DNA of 51,651 nucleotides from Basidiobolus ranarum (Eukaryota): NCBI GenBank assembly GCA_040143965.1, contig JASJQH010000015.1, positions 1 to 51,651 of the forward strand, read 5' to 3'. Shown piece by piece: positions 37,233 to 49,804 of this stretch (position 1 is its first letter; each line of letters starts with the position of its first letter). The notes under the pieces were generated by a model. It saw only the letters and a program-made list of their open reading frames with translations, ran no database searches and was not told where the DNA came from. The position numbers and the translations under genes were made by a program.

Positions 37233-40200
37233 ATGGTAAGGTAAATTCTGTACTTTCCTGTTCATGTTCTAACAGAACTCTCATAAGGGAACCAAATGTA
37301 AGGATATGCCAGCTTCTTTATTTGAGCCAAGGAACAAGCTAGCTAGAACTGAAGATCCATTGACTCACAAGATGGTCAAAGCCAAAAGTGTACCGCCTAG
37401 AAAAACACTAGAAGGTAAGAATTAATACTTCATTCAAAGAAATCTTAACTTTCAAGCACTAAGTAAATCATAGATATTTATCAAAAGAAGACCCAGCTAG
37501 AACATATTCTCCTCCGACCTGATACTTATATTGGATCAGCTGAGGCCACTGAAATGAGCCTTTGGGTGTATTCTACCGAGGCTCAATGCATTGTGACTAA
37601 AAGAATGAATATTGTACCTGGATTTTATAAGATATTTGATGAGATTCTGGTTAATGCTGCAGATAATAAGGTAGAGTAGGATGTCACTCGTTATTTTCAA
37701 TCTATTTCGTTTATGCTTACGCTATTGGTAAATTATACTTTAGATTCGAGATCCCAATATGAATGTCATCAAGGTTAACATCGATAAGGAAAATAATTCG
37801 ATTTCAATATACAATAATGGAAAAGGGATTCCTATTGAGATGCACACTAAAGAAAAGGTCTATATCCCGGAGTTGATTTTTGGTCATCTGTTGACTTCCT
37901 CCAATTATGATGACCATGAAAAGAAAGTAACAGGTGGTAGAAACGGCTACGGTGCCAAACTTTGCAACATTTATAGCTCACAATTCATCGTTGAAACTGG
38001 CTGTAAGCAAACAGGCCAGGTGTATAAGCAGGTTAGTTTATATAAACCTAATGATTGCTTTCAGTTTCATACATTATAACGATTCGATTCCCGTCCCTAT
38101 TTAACTTAGACATTCGGCAACAATATGTCAAGAATAGAGAAACCATCTATCACTAAAGGCAACAAAGCTGATTTCACTAAAATCACCTTTAAACCCGATC
38201 TTGCCAAGTTCGGTATGACCACCATAGATGATAATCATGAAAGTCTATTGATCAAACGTGTATACGATATTGCTGGTTGTCTCAGAGGAACAGTCCGAGT
38301 TTACTTCAACGATAAATTAGTTCCTATTAAGAATTTCAAAGATTACGTGAAATTATACTTGAAAGATACCAACGAGTTGGATGAAAGTGGAACTAAAAAT
38401 CCTCAAGTTGTTTATGAGAAAATCGAAACCGGAACTGAGGGTAGATGGGAGATTTGCTTTACACAAAGCGAGGGCCAATTTCAGCAAGTTAGCTTTGTCA
38501 ATAATATTTCTACAGCTAAAGGAGGAACCCACGTTCAGTATATTGCCGACCAGATAGTTAATAAACTCGCGGAATATATCAAAGCCAAAAACAAGGGAGT
38601 ACCCGTTAAAAAATTCCAAATTAAAAACCAATGTTGGGTTTTTATCAATTGCCTAATCGAAAACCCTACTTTCGACTCTCAAACCAAAGAACATCTTACT
38701 CTCCGACCTAACAATTTTGGATCTAGACCAGTTATCTCCAGTGGTTTTATGAATAGGATTATTAATCAGACCAATGTAGTAGAGAACATCGTAGATTTTG
38801 CTCATGTGAAAGAAGTGAGGCTATTGAAAAAATCCGACGGTCAAAAAAGATCCAGAATATCAGGAATTAACAAACTTGACGATGCTAATTTTGCAGGTAC
38901 TAAAAAGGCGAGAGAGTGCACTTTAATTCTCACCGAAGGAGATTCTGCAAAGGCCCTAGCAGTAAGTGGACTAAGTATTGTAGGGCGTGACTACTTTGGT
39001 GTATTTCCTTTGAGAGGAAAATTACTGAACGTTAGAGAAGCTTCGCACAAACAAATCTATGACAATGTTGAGATCAACCATGTCAAAAAAATTCTTGGTT
39101 TACAGCACGGTAAAGAGTACCATTCTTTGGAAAGTTTACGCTATGGACATCTCATGATCATGACGGATCAGGATCATGATGGGTCTCATATCAAGGGGCT
39201 TATAATCAATTTTATTGATCATTTTTGGCCTACACTCCTGAAAATACCTGGCTTCTTACGAGAATTTATCACTCCAATTGTTCGTGTAAGTTAATTTGTT
39301 CTACATTCAAATATAAACGAATTCAAGTTAATGATTTGCTTCATCAGGTTAAGAAAGGCCAAAATGACATTAGCTTCTTCACTATTCCAGAATATGAAGC
39401 CTGGAAAGAAAGTAATAACAATGGGATCGGATGGAACATAAAGTATTACAAGGTAACAAGGTATTTGATAAATTTGATGGGATAGTTCATCAATCAGTTT
39501 CGATTGTTTAGGGCCTAGGAACTAGTACAGCGAGTGATGCCAAAATGTATTTTGCTGCGTTAGAATATCACCGTAAAAATTTCGCCAAAGCAGGGCCTGA
39601 AGACCGAGTATTAATCGACATGGCTTTTAACAAAAAGAAGGCCGACAATCGTAAGGAATGGCTTCGAAATTTCAAGGTGCTAGATATTTCCAATTCAATA
39701 TCAAATTTTTCTTTATGGTTATGCTCTGACTGTTGAGTTTCAATTTTAGATTGGTACATACATGGACCATAGCGTGCCTCAAATTGAAATATCTGATTTC
39801 ATTAACAGAGAATTAATTCTCTTTTGTAAGCCATCTCTGTATGTTAAATATTCAAGAAAGTGTATATTAATGCTCATATTGTCTAGCAATTGCCGACAAT
39901 ATTCGTTCAATTCCTTCACTTGTTGATGGATTAAAGCCGGGTCACAGAAAGATTTTATTCAGTTGCTTTAAGAGAAATCTGAAGACTGAGATTAAGGTGG
40001 GATTTTCTAGCTAACAGTTATAGTACACTTGAATTGAAATGTAGTTCCCTAGGTTCAACAACTTGCTGGCTATGTTAGTGAAAACTCTGCTTATCATCAT
40101 GGTGAACAAAGCTTGTGCACGACAATTGTTGGCTTAGCTCAAGATTTTGTGGGAAGTAATAATTTGAATTTGCTGGAGCCGAACGGACAGTTTGGTACAC

Positions 40201-42876
40201 GCATTCAAGTAAGTAGTAGTCTCCGTATCATAAAAGCTATAGTCAAGTTATAAAAACTTTGAATAATAGGGAGGAAAAGACGCCGCTAGTTCTCGTTATA
40301 TATTCACCTCTCTTCCTAGTATTACTCGTCGTATCTTCCATCCAGATGATGAGCAACTATTAACGTATCTCAATGATGATGGCCAAAATATTGAGCCACA
40401 ATGGTAATTAGTTTAAGAAAATTCTCTAAGAATTTAGCAAGTAACTTTATTTGGGCATTCAGGTATATACCTATATTACCTATGTTGCTAGTGAATGGTG
40501 GTGAAGGCATTGGTACTGGATGGAGCTCAATGATCCCAAACTACAATCCTCTAGATATAGTTGAAAACCTTAAGCGTAGAATGCGAGGTGAGGACCTTGT
40601 CAAGATGATTCCCTGGTATAGAGGCTTCCAAGTCGGTATTATCATTATTTATTGCTTATTAGATCAAAATATTAAGCTCGTATTTGAATAATAATATTTG
40701 ATAGGGAACTATCATACCTATTTCTAATGAGAAATATCAAACTTCTGGTATTATTACTAAATTAAGTCCCACCACAATCGATATCACCGAGTTGCCTATC
40801 CGAAGCTGGACGCAATCTTACAAAGATTATTTAGAAAGTCTGTTAGCGGAAAGAGACAAGGGTGAACCATTCATAAAGGTTTATAGCTTACGTATTGCAT
40901 TACTTGAATATAATCCTAATGGCATGTTATAAACTCAACACCCTAGGACTACAAAGAATACCACACTCACTCTTCGGTCCACTTCACAATTGAACTTTCA
41001 GAAGAAAAAATGAGGGAAGCAGAAGCTGTAGGACTTGAAAAAAAATTCAAAATCACAAATTATATTTCCACGTCGAATATGGTGTGTTTTGACAAAGACC
41101 TTAAGATCAAGAAGTATCAGTCTCCTGAAGAAATCATAGAGGAATTTTTTGAAGTGCGCCTGATATATTACGTTAAACGCAAGGTCGCTTCCTAAATTTG
41201 TGTACCAATTTTATTTCCAGATACTGATATCAATCTTCCTAAACAGGAATGGCTTCTCAGTCAACTGAACCAAAAGAAAGAAGACCTAGAAAATAAGGCT
41301 CGGTTTATACGAGAGATAACCAATGGAACTTTGAGAGTTCAAAATAGAAAAAAAGCGGAAATCTTGGTTGAACTGAAGGAGAAGGGGTACAGGTCTGTTG
41401 TCAAAATGAAGGAAAATCGATCAGATGAAACACAAAAGGACGATATGGCAATAGATAGCGAAGTTACTGACTACAATTATTTGCTTGGTATGCCAATATG
41501 GAGCTTAACGAAGGAGAAAGTTAGTAAATCACGATTTATATTTCATTTTTGTTATTTGTTTACGTGATATTTTGTATCATAGATAGATTATTTTCTTGAA
41601 GAGATTACAAAGAAGAGGCATGAAATCAAAATTCTCGAGGAAAAAACACCTACAGATTTATGGGAAAGTGATTTGGAAGATTTTATAGTCGAATGGCAGG
41701 TAGCAGTATTTCGTAGAAATATCTGTATAATGCAACAATTAATATACTGTAACCGTAGACATCTATTGATGAATTCTGTAAGAATATGGAAAATATCAAA
41801 GATGATGAAAAAGAAAGCAAAAAGAAGAAACCGAAAAGTATCCCCATAAAGCGAAAAGGGCGAAAGATTAATCATTCTAAATTCGTACGAAAAATTGAGA
41901 GTGACGTTGAGAGCATAGACGAATTCAAATCAGATATAAGTGATGTTGCTATTCAGAGCAAGTGTTTCTATTATTAAATTGAAACACATGATGCATTTAC
42001 TTATATAAAGTTTAGCAAGGTCTGAGATAAACACCAAGCAGATACTTGACAAAAGTGGTACGAATGCATTGGAAGATAGGCTAGCATCAAACAATGAAGA
42101 TGAGATACTTTCTCCTAATGTTACTAAGAGAAAGGGTAAACTTAATTTCAACTACGATATATGCCTTTTTCAACTCTGACTAAATTGTGAAATCAGAAAA
42201 TTCCTCAATATCAATGAAATCGAAACAACGAAAAATTATTGATATGATGAGTAATAAGACCTCCCCTCTACCGTCGTTTGGGGTCAGTGACAATAATTTT
42301 CCTAAGAAAAAGTCTGGGAAGCTGGACATTCAAGAAGGTGATGTAAAAATAACGACTAAAGTCAAGCCAATCGTGACAAGCTTCGAAGATTTGAAAAATA
42401 ATCATCCTGTACTGAATATTATGGTCACAGCTTCAGAAATCTGTTCCCCAATAGCGAAAGCAAAATCGGAACAATCGGACATTGAGAATTACCCGCTTTC
42501 CAATAAGCATTTATTTCGCCAAAGGTCTACTTTAACCAACAAGGTGGCTAACAAAGAGATACCTATCTCCAAGAGGAGCCGAACATCGGGGATTGTGGAC
42601 AAATTATCGAGGCGAGTCATTCCAAAAGAGACTCCGAAGGATACTGCCGCAATAAGCCCGTCACTTAAACGACAACGTCTAACATATTCAACTCCTAGAA
42701 AACGGAACAAGATACATGCAATCACATATTCGAAAAAGAAATCCCCACCAGAGACTTTCATAAAGCAAACTCTTACGAGATCATCTTCTCGAGTCAAACG
42801 ACAAGTTAATTTTTGTGAACTTGACACGAACAGTACTGGTCGAGACGAGTCAGATGTCTCCGAATTCGGAGAATAA
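37233..42876 (+). CDS. TOP2: DNA topoisomerase II, multi-exon; exact start uncertain
   Basis: [53 protein letters not shown], catalytic Tyr in [23 protein letters not shown]. Confidence 0.96.
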
Positions 42877-43048
42877 GCAGATACATATACACCCTAACTT
42901 GAACCCAACCCGCGTTTTTTTTAGCAAACTTTAGCACGTTCTTGAAGTTCATAGGGTAGATCATGTTTGAAATATTTATACACTGTGTGCTGCTATCTAC
43001 TATTATTACTACGGTTTATTATATAAATTAACACTAACTATAAGTGGC

Positions 43049-44709
43049 TCATCTTGCTTCCAATTTGCCTCCACTCCGATGAGCTTGTGCGGCCAAGATA
43101 GTATCATCCGGACTGGGCGAGTTAAACTTGAATGGTGTGACCGATCGTGGTAAAAGTTCTGATTGCATTGAGTAAAAGAACTTGTGATCTTTCTCATTTG
43201 GTTGCAACTCTGCTAAATCTTGGTCAAGCCGTTCAAACACCGAAATAGCAAACACTGAGGGAGGTGCAATTAAGTTGGAATTTTGAAGGGGAGTATCGAG
43301 AGGGGTAACGGGAGCCGGTGAAGGCTGGTCAGGTGGATTGGGTAGCATGTACGTACTCGGCAGATCACGATTATTTATGTGAGGAATATTGGATGGTTTC
43401 TTTTCTGTTTTTGAAGCTTGCTCTGATTTTACAAGGGGTGATAGAAGACTCAGACGTGAAGATGATTGCAGCTTGACCGGCTCTGCTTTGCTTAGATTTG
43501 ACTTTAGTTGGGATTTTTTCGAAGATTCCTCGTTGCTTAACGATAGATTCGACAAAGCAGATAGTGCACTGGTGATAATGTTAGTATGTGTGTGGTCTTT
43601 GTTACCATCACGACTAATCTTCCCACTTAAATCACTTAATGAGATCGGACCATTGTGTTTGGAGCCGGTGGAAAGTGGGCGTTGTAGTGATTGTAGCCCA
43701 GTAAGCCCGTTAACTTTGTTCTTAGAGAGAGACGAAGGCAATGGTGACAAAGCTTTGACATTGGGATTAATACCAATTTGATTAGAAATATTGAAGGTCG
43801 AATTGGATTTTGCGGAATATCTATCTTGATTTAAACTGGATTTAGAGAGAGTACTAGAGCTCAAAGGGGCGAGAGGCTTCCCACTTCCCAGAATAGAGGT
43901 TGAGATGGATTTGTTCGTAGTTGAACTAATGGAGTTTGATGCTAAGGAAAGTCGAGAAGTTATGTCGCCTAGAGTTAATTTACTCGATGATTCAGTAGAT
44001 TTACCAATGCTTTGTTTGCTAAGAGCATTTGGTTTGATTAATGAGTTCGTTTGAGTATCGACTAAAGGTGTATCCTTTGATGATAAAGTTTCTTTTGTTA
44101 AGGTTGGAGAGTGAACTTTCGAGAGGCTATTTAAGCCCAGTTTAATGGAACTTGCACTTGCAGAATTTAATCCATCTAAAAAGATAAATTAGCCGGTGGA
44201 AAATCTTCAATGTAATGGGGTATTCACCTTGACTACGTGAAGTGCTAGTATCTGAATCACGCTTATATTTCTCTAAACACATTAAAATTAGTAAAGTAAA
44301 TAAAGGGGGATGTAGTTACACTTCTTACCTCTTAAATAATTTACAGTCTGGTCTACATCGAAATAGTAATACCATAGCGTATCCTCAATCACTTCTTTGC
44401 TTATACCATCAATGTCTCCCAAAATCTCCTCCACCTTTTTTACTCCTTCTATCAATTGACCTAAAAAACGCAAGTTTAATCTACTTGTTCAGTTGAAAAT
44501 TCTAGAGAATATTTTTTAGAGAACCTTTCTGTTCCTCCGTTAATTCTTCTTCATATTCCTCAAACTGATCTGGCTCTAAGTTTAAAGCAGTTTAATCAAA
44601 AACAAGTCCAGATTAGATCCTTATATTGACAGTAGAATAATAGTTCTACTGGATCCTAGAAGATATATGTACCGCTTTCCAGTTGTTCACCGTCATAAGG
44701 TGTCGTCAT
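43049..44709 (-). CDS. SKI7: Ski7/HBS1LV3-like exosome adaptor without GTPase domain, about 463 aa; exons 44709-44673, 44575-44525, 44460-44329, 44272-44228, 44175-43049
   Basis: HBS1 N-terminal domain (IEDTLWYYYFDVDQTVNYL), long Ser-rich linker, then APPSVFAISV, KFFYSMQ and PFKFNSPSPDDTILAAQ shortly before the stop; all introns GT-AG and in frame. Exon 1 is the least certain. Confidence 0.8.
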
Positions 44710-45015
44710 TCTGTGTCAATCTTCTCAGGAAGTAAAGTCTAAAAATTATGTTTAAACCGGGAGCCCCATTAAATTTAAGGTCAATTTGAATGATGTCACA
44801 GATATTGGTTAGCGGATTAAAATATGCTTACATACTTGAGTTTAGTCTGAATCTAAAACTGCTAGAAATCCAAATAATCCGATCCGATTATGGGGATCAC
44901 GATGTTCGTATTGGCCATTATTGTCAAATCCTTCCTACATTAACAATGCCATAAGTTTTATTCTAGCTAAGCTAAGCCAAGCTAACTCAAGAGTTGCTTA
45001 AGTGTGACTACCAAC
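44710..45015. promoter_or_regulatory. Probable bidirectional promoter between the Ski7-like gene and DIS3L
   Basis: Only 306 bp between the divergent ATGs; contains an ATTGG (reverse CCAAT) and an AGCTA-like pentamer run near 44965-44985. Confidence 0.55.
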
Positions 45016-48000
45016 ATGTTAAAAACCGATCGTAGTTTTTTTCGAAAGACGAAGAAAAATGCACTAGTAAAGCAAGTTAGAGAACGTAAGAATACTTCAA
45101 GTTATTTTTGAAGTGTGTAAATACAATACTGATTATTGTACATTTAGAATATCTTCGAAACGACATTTCTTGCCAATCGCAACTTTGTAACAGTAAAATA
45201 TGCAATAATGCTATTACAACTGGCGCATCGTTATCAAGTGATGCTGCATATTACTTGATACCGGATAGTTCTGTAAGTGCTTTTTAGCTCAGTCATATAC
45301 CGAGTCCGAACAACTGATGCTTCCTATAAATTTAGGTAGTCAACCGTTATCTAGAGATTCTAGAGCACGAGGAGTTACTCAACATAATCTTTACTCAAAC
45401 AGTGGCCACAGGGGTATGCGATTATTGCTTGTAACTAGTATGGATGTATGAATGACTTTCACTAATTCCCGACATGTAGCTACAATTACTAGAAAAAGCA
45501 AGAACTTATCGTACTCTAAGACAAATCGTTGCGGATTCGCGTCGTAACTGTATTTTATTCCATAATGAATATTTCAGTAAGACCTTCGTACAGAGACTTC
45601 CTGGAGAGTCGATACCAACCAGAGAATGGCGAGGTAAATCATTCAGAGAATTTGTTAGCATATATCATGATAATTTAGTTGAATATGTTAAGCGATTTGT
45701 GCTACGGCTGATTGGTACGGAGAGCACTTGAACTTTCAAGTTCCCATTTTGATTTTATCCGAGAAGGTAATGAAATATGTAGCTGTAGTTCTCTACTAAT
45801 TGAAGATACTGATCACATGCCTCACATAGTTTGGCCCTAGTGATTACACTGGCACCATGAATGGAGATCAAGTGAAGGTTTGCAATACTGAGGAATTTCT
45901 TCAAACATACTGGCCCGATCATCAAGTGCTACGCGAACTATTCGTATCGTTGAAGGACATTATACTGGAAGAGAAGGAATTTAGTATCAAAATACAGTCG
46001 AATCCCAAGGGCCAAGAGACTGTTGCGGGAGCATCTAGGTTTATGGAGTACAAGTCAAACGAAGAGATTGAGGCCGGCGTCAAATCTAATGTGTTCCTCA
46101 AAGGAATGCTGCGTGTCAATGCTAACAACCGAATGAATGCCTACGTTGAAAGCAGCACAAATCTTGCAAGTAACATCATGATTGTTGGAGAGACAAATAG
46201 AAACAGAGCTAGTAAGTAATGGCGATTACTTCACAAGCATTTATGTTACTCACTTGGCTCTACTAGTTTCTGGTGATATTGTTGCTGTGGAGCTCTTGCC
46301 AGAGAGTGAATGGTCGAACCCGTCCGATTCGATTCAACATGTGGATGAGAATGATGGTTCCAGCGCTGGTAAATAGAAACTGCGATCAGTATTCATATAC
46401 ATACAAGCTAATGTACTTTCTGAATCAAGAACCAACGGCGACCAAAGCGAAAAGTGGCCACGAAAGGCCCACCGGTCGGGTAGTTGGAGTGATTACTAGA
46501 AATTGGAGATCTTATGTAGCTACAGTTCAAATTGATGCTGCAGATCAAGTATGTTTAGAATTACCCTTGCGCGTCGTGGCAGATCCCAACTAACATATTG
46601 TAAAAGAGTGGCTCGTATCATCTAGTTGTTCCATTGGATCCTGTTATTCCAAAGATCCGTATCTGTCACCATAATATTCGCTCAATCCAAAATGACCGAA
46701 TTGTTGTACGAATTGACAGCTGGTGAGTCTTGTATTATCAATGTGGAGTCTCAACCTTATTTAACATCTTATTCTTAGGCAAACAACTTCGCAATATCCC
46801 AACGGCCATTATGTTAGATCTTTAGGTAGCTTGGCTCTCAACACCTCCTCACTGAGTTTATCCTAAACCATCTTGTCTTAAGGACCAATACATCAGCTTG
46901 ATACTGAAATATCCGCTATTTTGGTTGAACATAATATCTCTGTTTCTCAATCTTCTTCGGCTTTCAGCGCTGCATCCTTGAAGGAGATGCCGATCAACAC
47001 TAAAGAAAATCCATGGCGACCAACTCAAGTATGTGTTATATAAGCGATTACCTTTTAACCTCGATCACTTAATCTCTTTATCAGGAGGAGATTCGCGAGC
47101 GTCGTGATATTCGCTTTACCCATACAGTTTTCAGGTATTGTATACAATGAGTTCTTTGTGTCTTTGCTCTCCTTTTAATCCATCTATTTAGTATCGATCC
47201 TCCTGGCTGTCAAGATATCGATGGTAAAAATTGAAGTTGTTGAATGCGTGCTCTACTAGACTGACATCAATATCCTGAATATAGATGCTATGTCAGTTCA
47301 AGAGCTTTCGAATGGGGATATCGAAGTAGGAGTACATATTGCCGATGTTTCTTCCTTTGTTTTGGAAAACAGCGCAACCGATTTAGAAGCGAGAGCTCGG
47401 TATATGATTCTTGATCATCTGTTGCTTCAACCTTAATATTCAATTGATATTTTGTAGAGGAACTACCGTTTACTTAGCAGATCGTAGATTCGACATGTTG
47501 CCACAAATCTTGAGTGAACAAGTTTGCTCGCTACGGGAAAACGTTGATAGATTCGCAGGTATTAGTGCTGACTCGGAAATACTCCCTTAACCTATAGAGA
47601 CTCATTCTTTCTTCCGTAGTTTCGGTATTTTGGATTATGGATTCTGAATTCAACATAAAAGCCACTTCATTCGGAAAGACTGTCATTCGCTCAGCTCGTG
47701 AAATGGCATACGAACAAGCTCAAGCTCTATTAGATGGCAAAAGAAATGTCCCCGGAATTGGTAATTGTTTATAAATCTTTTCTTCGCTGCTTTCAACAAA
47801 CTTTAACTTTTTCTTGTTCTTGTTTTTCTCTAGATCGGAATAAAGAGGAGCTGTTTCGTGGGTGTATAAAGAAATTGGCTAATATCTTCCGAAAGATTAG
47901 AGTTCGTAGCGTTGGGTTGTAATTCATCACAAATATGAAGCATTAACTCTCTTATGTAGGCTAGGCGATTTGCTGATGGTGCTTTGGAATTAGAGAGCAC

Positions 48001-49666
48001 TGAGGTGAAATTTAAATTCTCCGAGGGTGACGGAATTGCCGATATTCATATCCTTTTCACCACATAGTAGTTGTGATCTTATCCATCATTCATATTTATA
48101 TCCTTGACCCAGTAGCACTTCCCAAAGAGCCTCTAGAAGTTCATAAGATTGTCGAAGAGGCTATGATCCTTGCCAATAATTCCGTAGCCAAGAAGATATT
48201 TAGTACATTCAAGCATTCAGCTATGCTAAGAAGACATCCACCCCCAGTCGAAAGCCACTTTCGTCTGTTGAAGAAAGCGGCTGAAACAAGGGTAAGGGAT
48301 ATGCAGAATGAAGAGGTGTTCATGGATGGGAACTGACTATTTAACAGGGTTTGAAAATAGATACCTCAAGTAATGCTACCTTGGCAATATCCTTACAGGT
48401 GGCTCAAAAGAATCAACAGGACAAAGATTTCATCATTATGCTGAAGACCATGGCCACTATGGCGATGCAAGAGGCCGGGTGAGTATTTGATTATCAATCG
48501 TTTATGCAACTGTACCACTAAATCAACATTCTTGAATGCAGTTACATCTCTTCCGGGTCGTATGACATTACCGACTTCTATCACTTTGGCCTAGCTCTTG
48601 ATTTCTATACCCATTTCACTGTTAGACCAATGCTTCTGATTCTATTTCACACGAATATGCACTTATCCCCCTTTCTTTAGTCACCGATCCGTAGATACGC
48701 CGATCTGGTCGTCCATCGACAATTACTCGCTTCATTAGCGACTACAAAGACCAATTTCCCTCACAACTCAGTCGTAGACAGTAATAGTAGACTGAATGAA
48801 GTGGCAATCCATCTTAACTCCAAATCTCGGGAGGCTAAGTTTGCTTCAAAAGTATGTATATTAGTGTCAATACATTCCCACACGAAAACTTACCTCGTGC
48901 CAATGTTAGGATTCAGTCGAGCTGTTCCAGAGTCTCTATGTTATGCAGAAGGTAAGCTTATGAAAAGTAAAACGCATAACTATAGGTTCTAACCATTCTA
49001 CAGTCTAAAGCTGGCCCAATCTTGGAAAAGGGAATCATCAGTGAGATTCGTGATAATGGATTCTTTGTGTTCGTTCCAAGGTAAGTTTCTTTGAGAGGCT
49101 ATTACTATCCAAAGACTGTTGTACTAACCAGCATATATAGGTTCGGCATCAAAGGCCCCGTTTACTTGAAGGATAAAGAAGGACGTAATATTGTACCTCA
49201 GTCTCTGATCTCTGGTCTCCCCTCAGATGGTAATATCGAATTACTTATTGAATATATATTCTTTCTAACACCATGTCTAGATTCCACATATCTTCCTCGT
49301 TGTAACGTTGACTCTGACTCGACACGTATCTCAGTGGACATCGTAGATTCCTCCAAGACCATTCATTTCAACATCTTTGATCATGTTCAGGTCTGCTTGA
49401 AACTACACGAGTCTCGTGCACATCGACACACTGTTTATATGACCTTGGTTGGATTACTTAGTAATCATCAAGACAAACCAGTTCGAAAGTTAAATGATCA
49501 AGAACTTATGAGTGCTATCATAGATGGTGAGAAAAAAGGGCAGATCACTCACGAACCAGCTATTTCCAAAGATTCCAATGAAGCACAATTTCAACAAACT
49601 ACTAATAGTGTCTATGATCTTCTGGAATCATTTCATAATCTATCAACTGTAGAATTAAGAAATTGA
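45016..49666 (+). CDS. DIS3L: DIS3-like exoribonuclease 1 (RNase II/RNB family, degenerate PIN), about 20 or more introns
   Basis: [15 protein letters not shown]-like [20 protein letters not shown] catalytic [49 protein letters not shown]1 VPRFGIKG. Confidence 0.88.
48048..48118 (+). other. U12-type (minor spliceosome) AT-AC intron in DIS3L
   Basis: 5' site ATATCCTTT, branch TCCTTGAC at 48101-48108, 3' site CAC; removal restores ...[14 protein letters not shown]; the unspliced frame hits TAG. Confidence 0.9.
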
Positions 49667-49804
49667 TCTATATTTCTTTTCCACTTTCTTTTAATTTGTA
49701 TTGTTATTCTTGTTTTATTGGATGTTCTCTAATATTCCTTTGTCTATGGTATGCTGAAATTTTCATCATAATAAATTTCATTAAATTTCTTAAACTCTTG
49801 TATA

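Noticed and set aside
48027-48115. Alternative in-frame GT-AG intron in place of the AT-AC intron
   Set aside because: Weak donor (GTGACG) and it would delete GDGIADI, which matches the expected DIS3L spacing; the U12 signals are a full consensus match.
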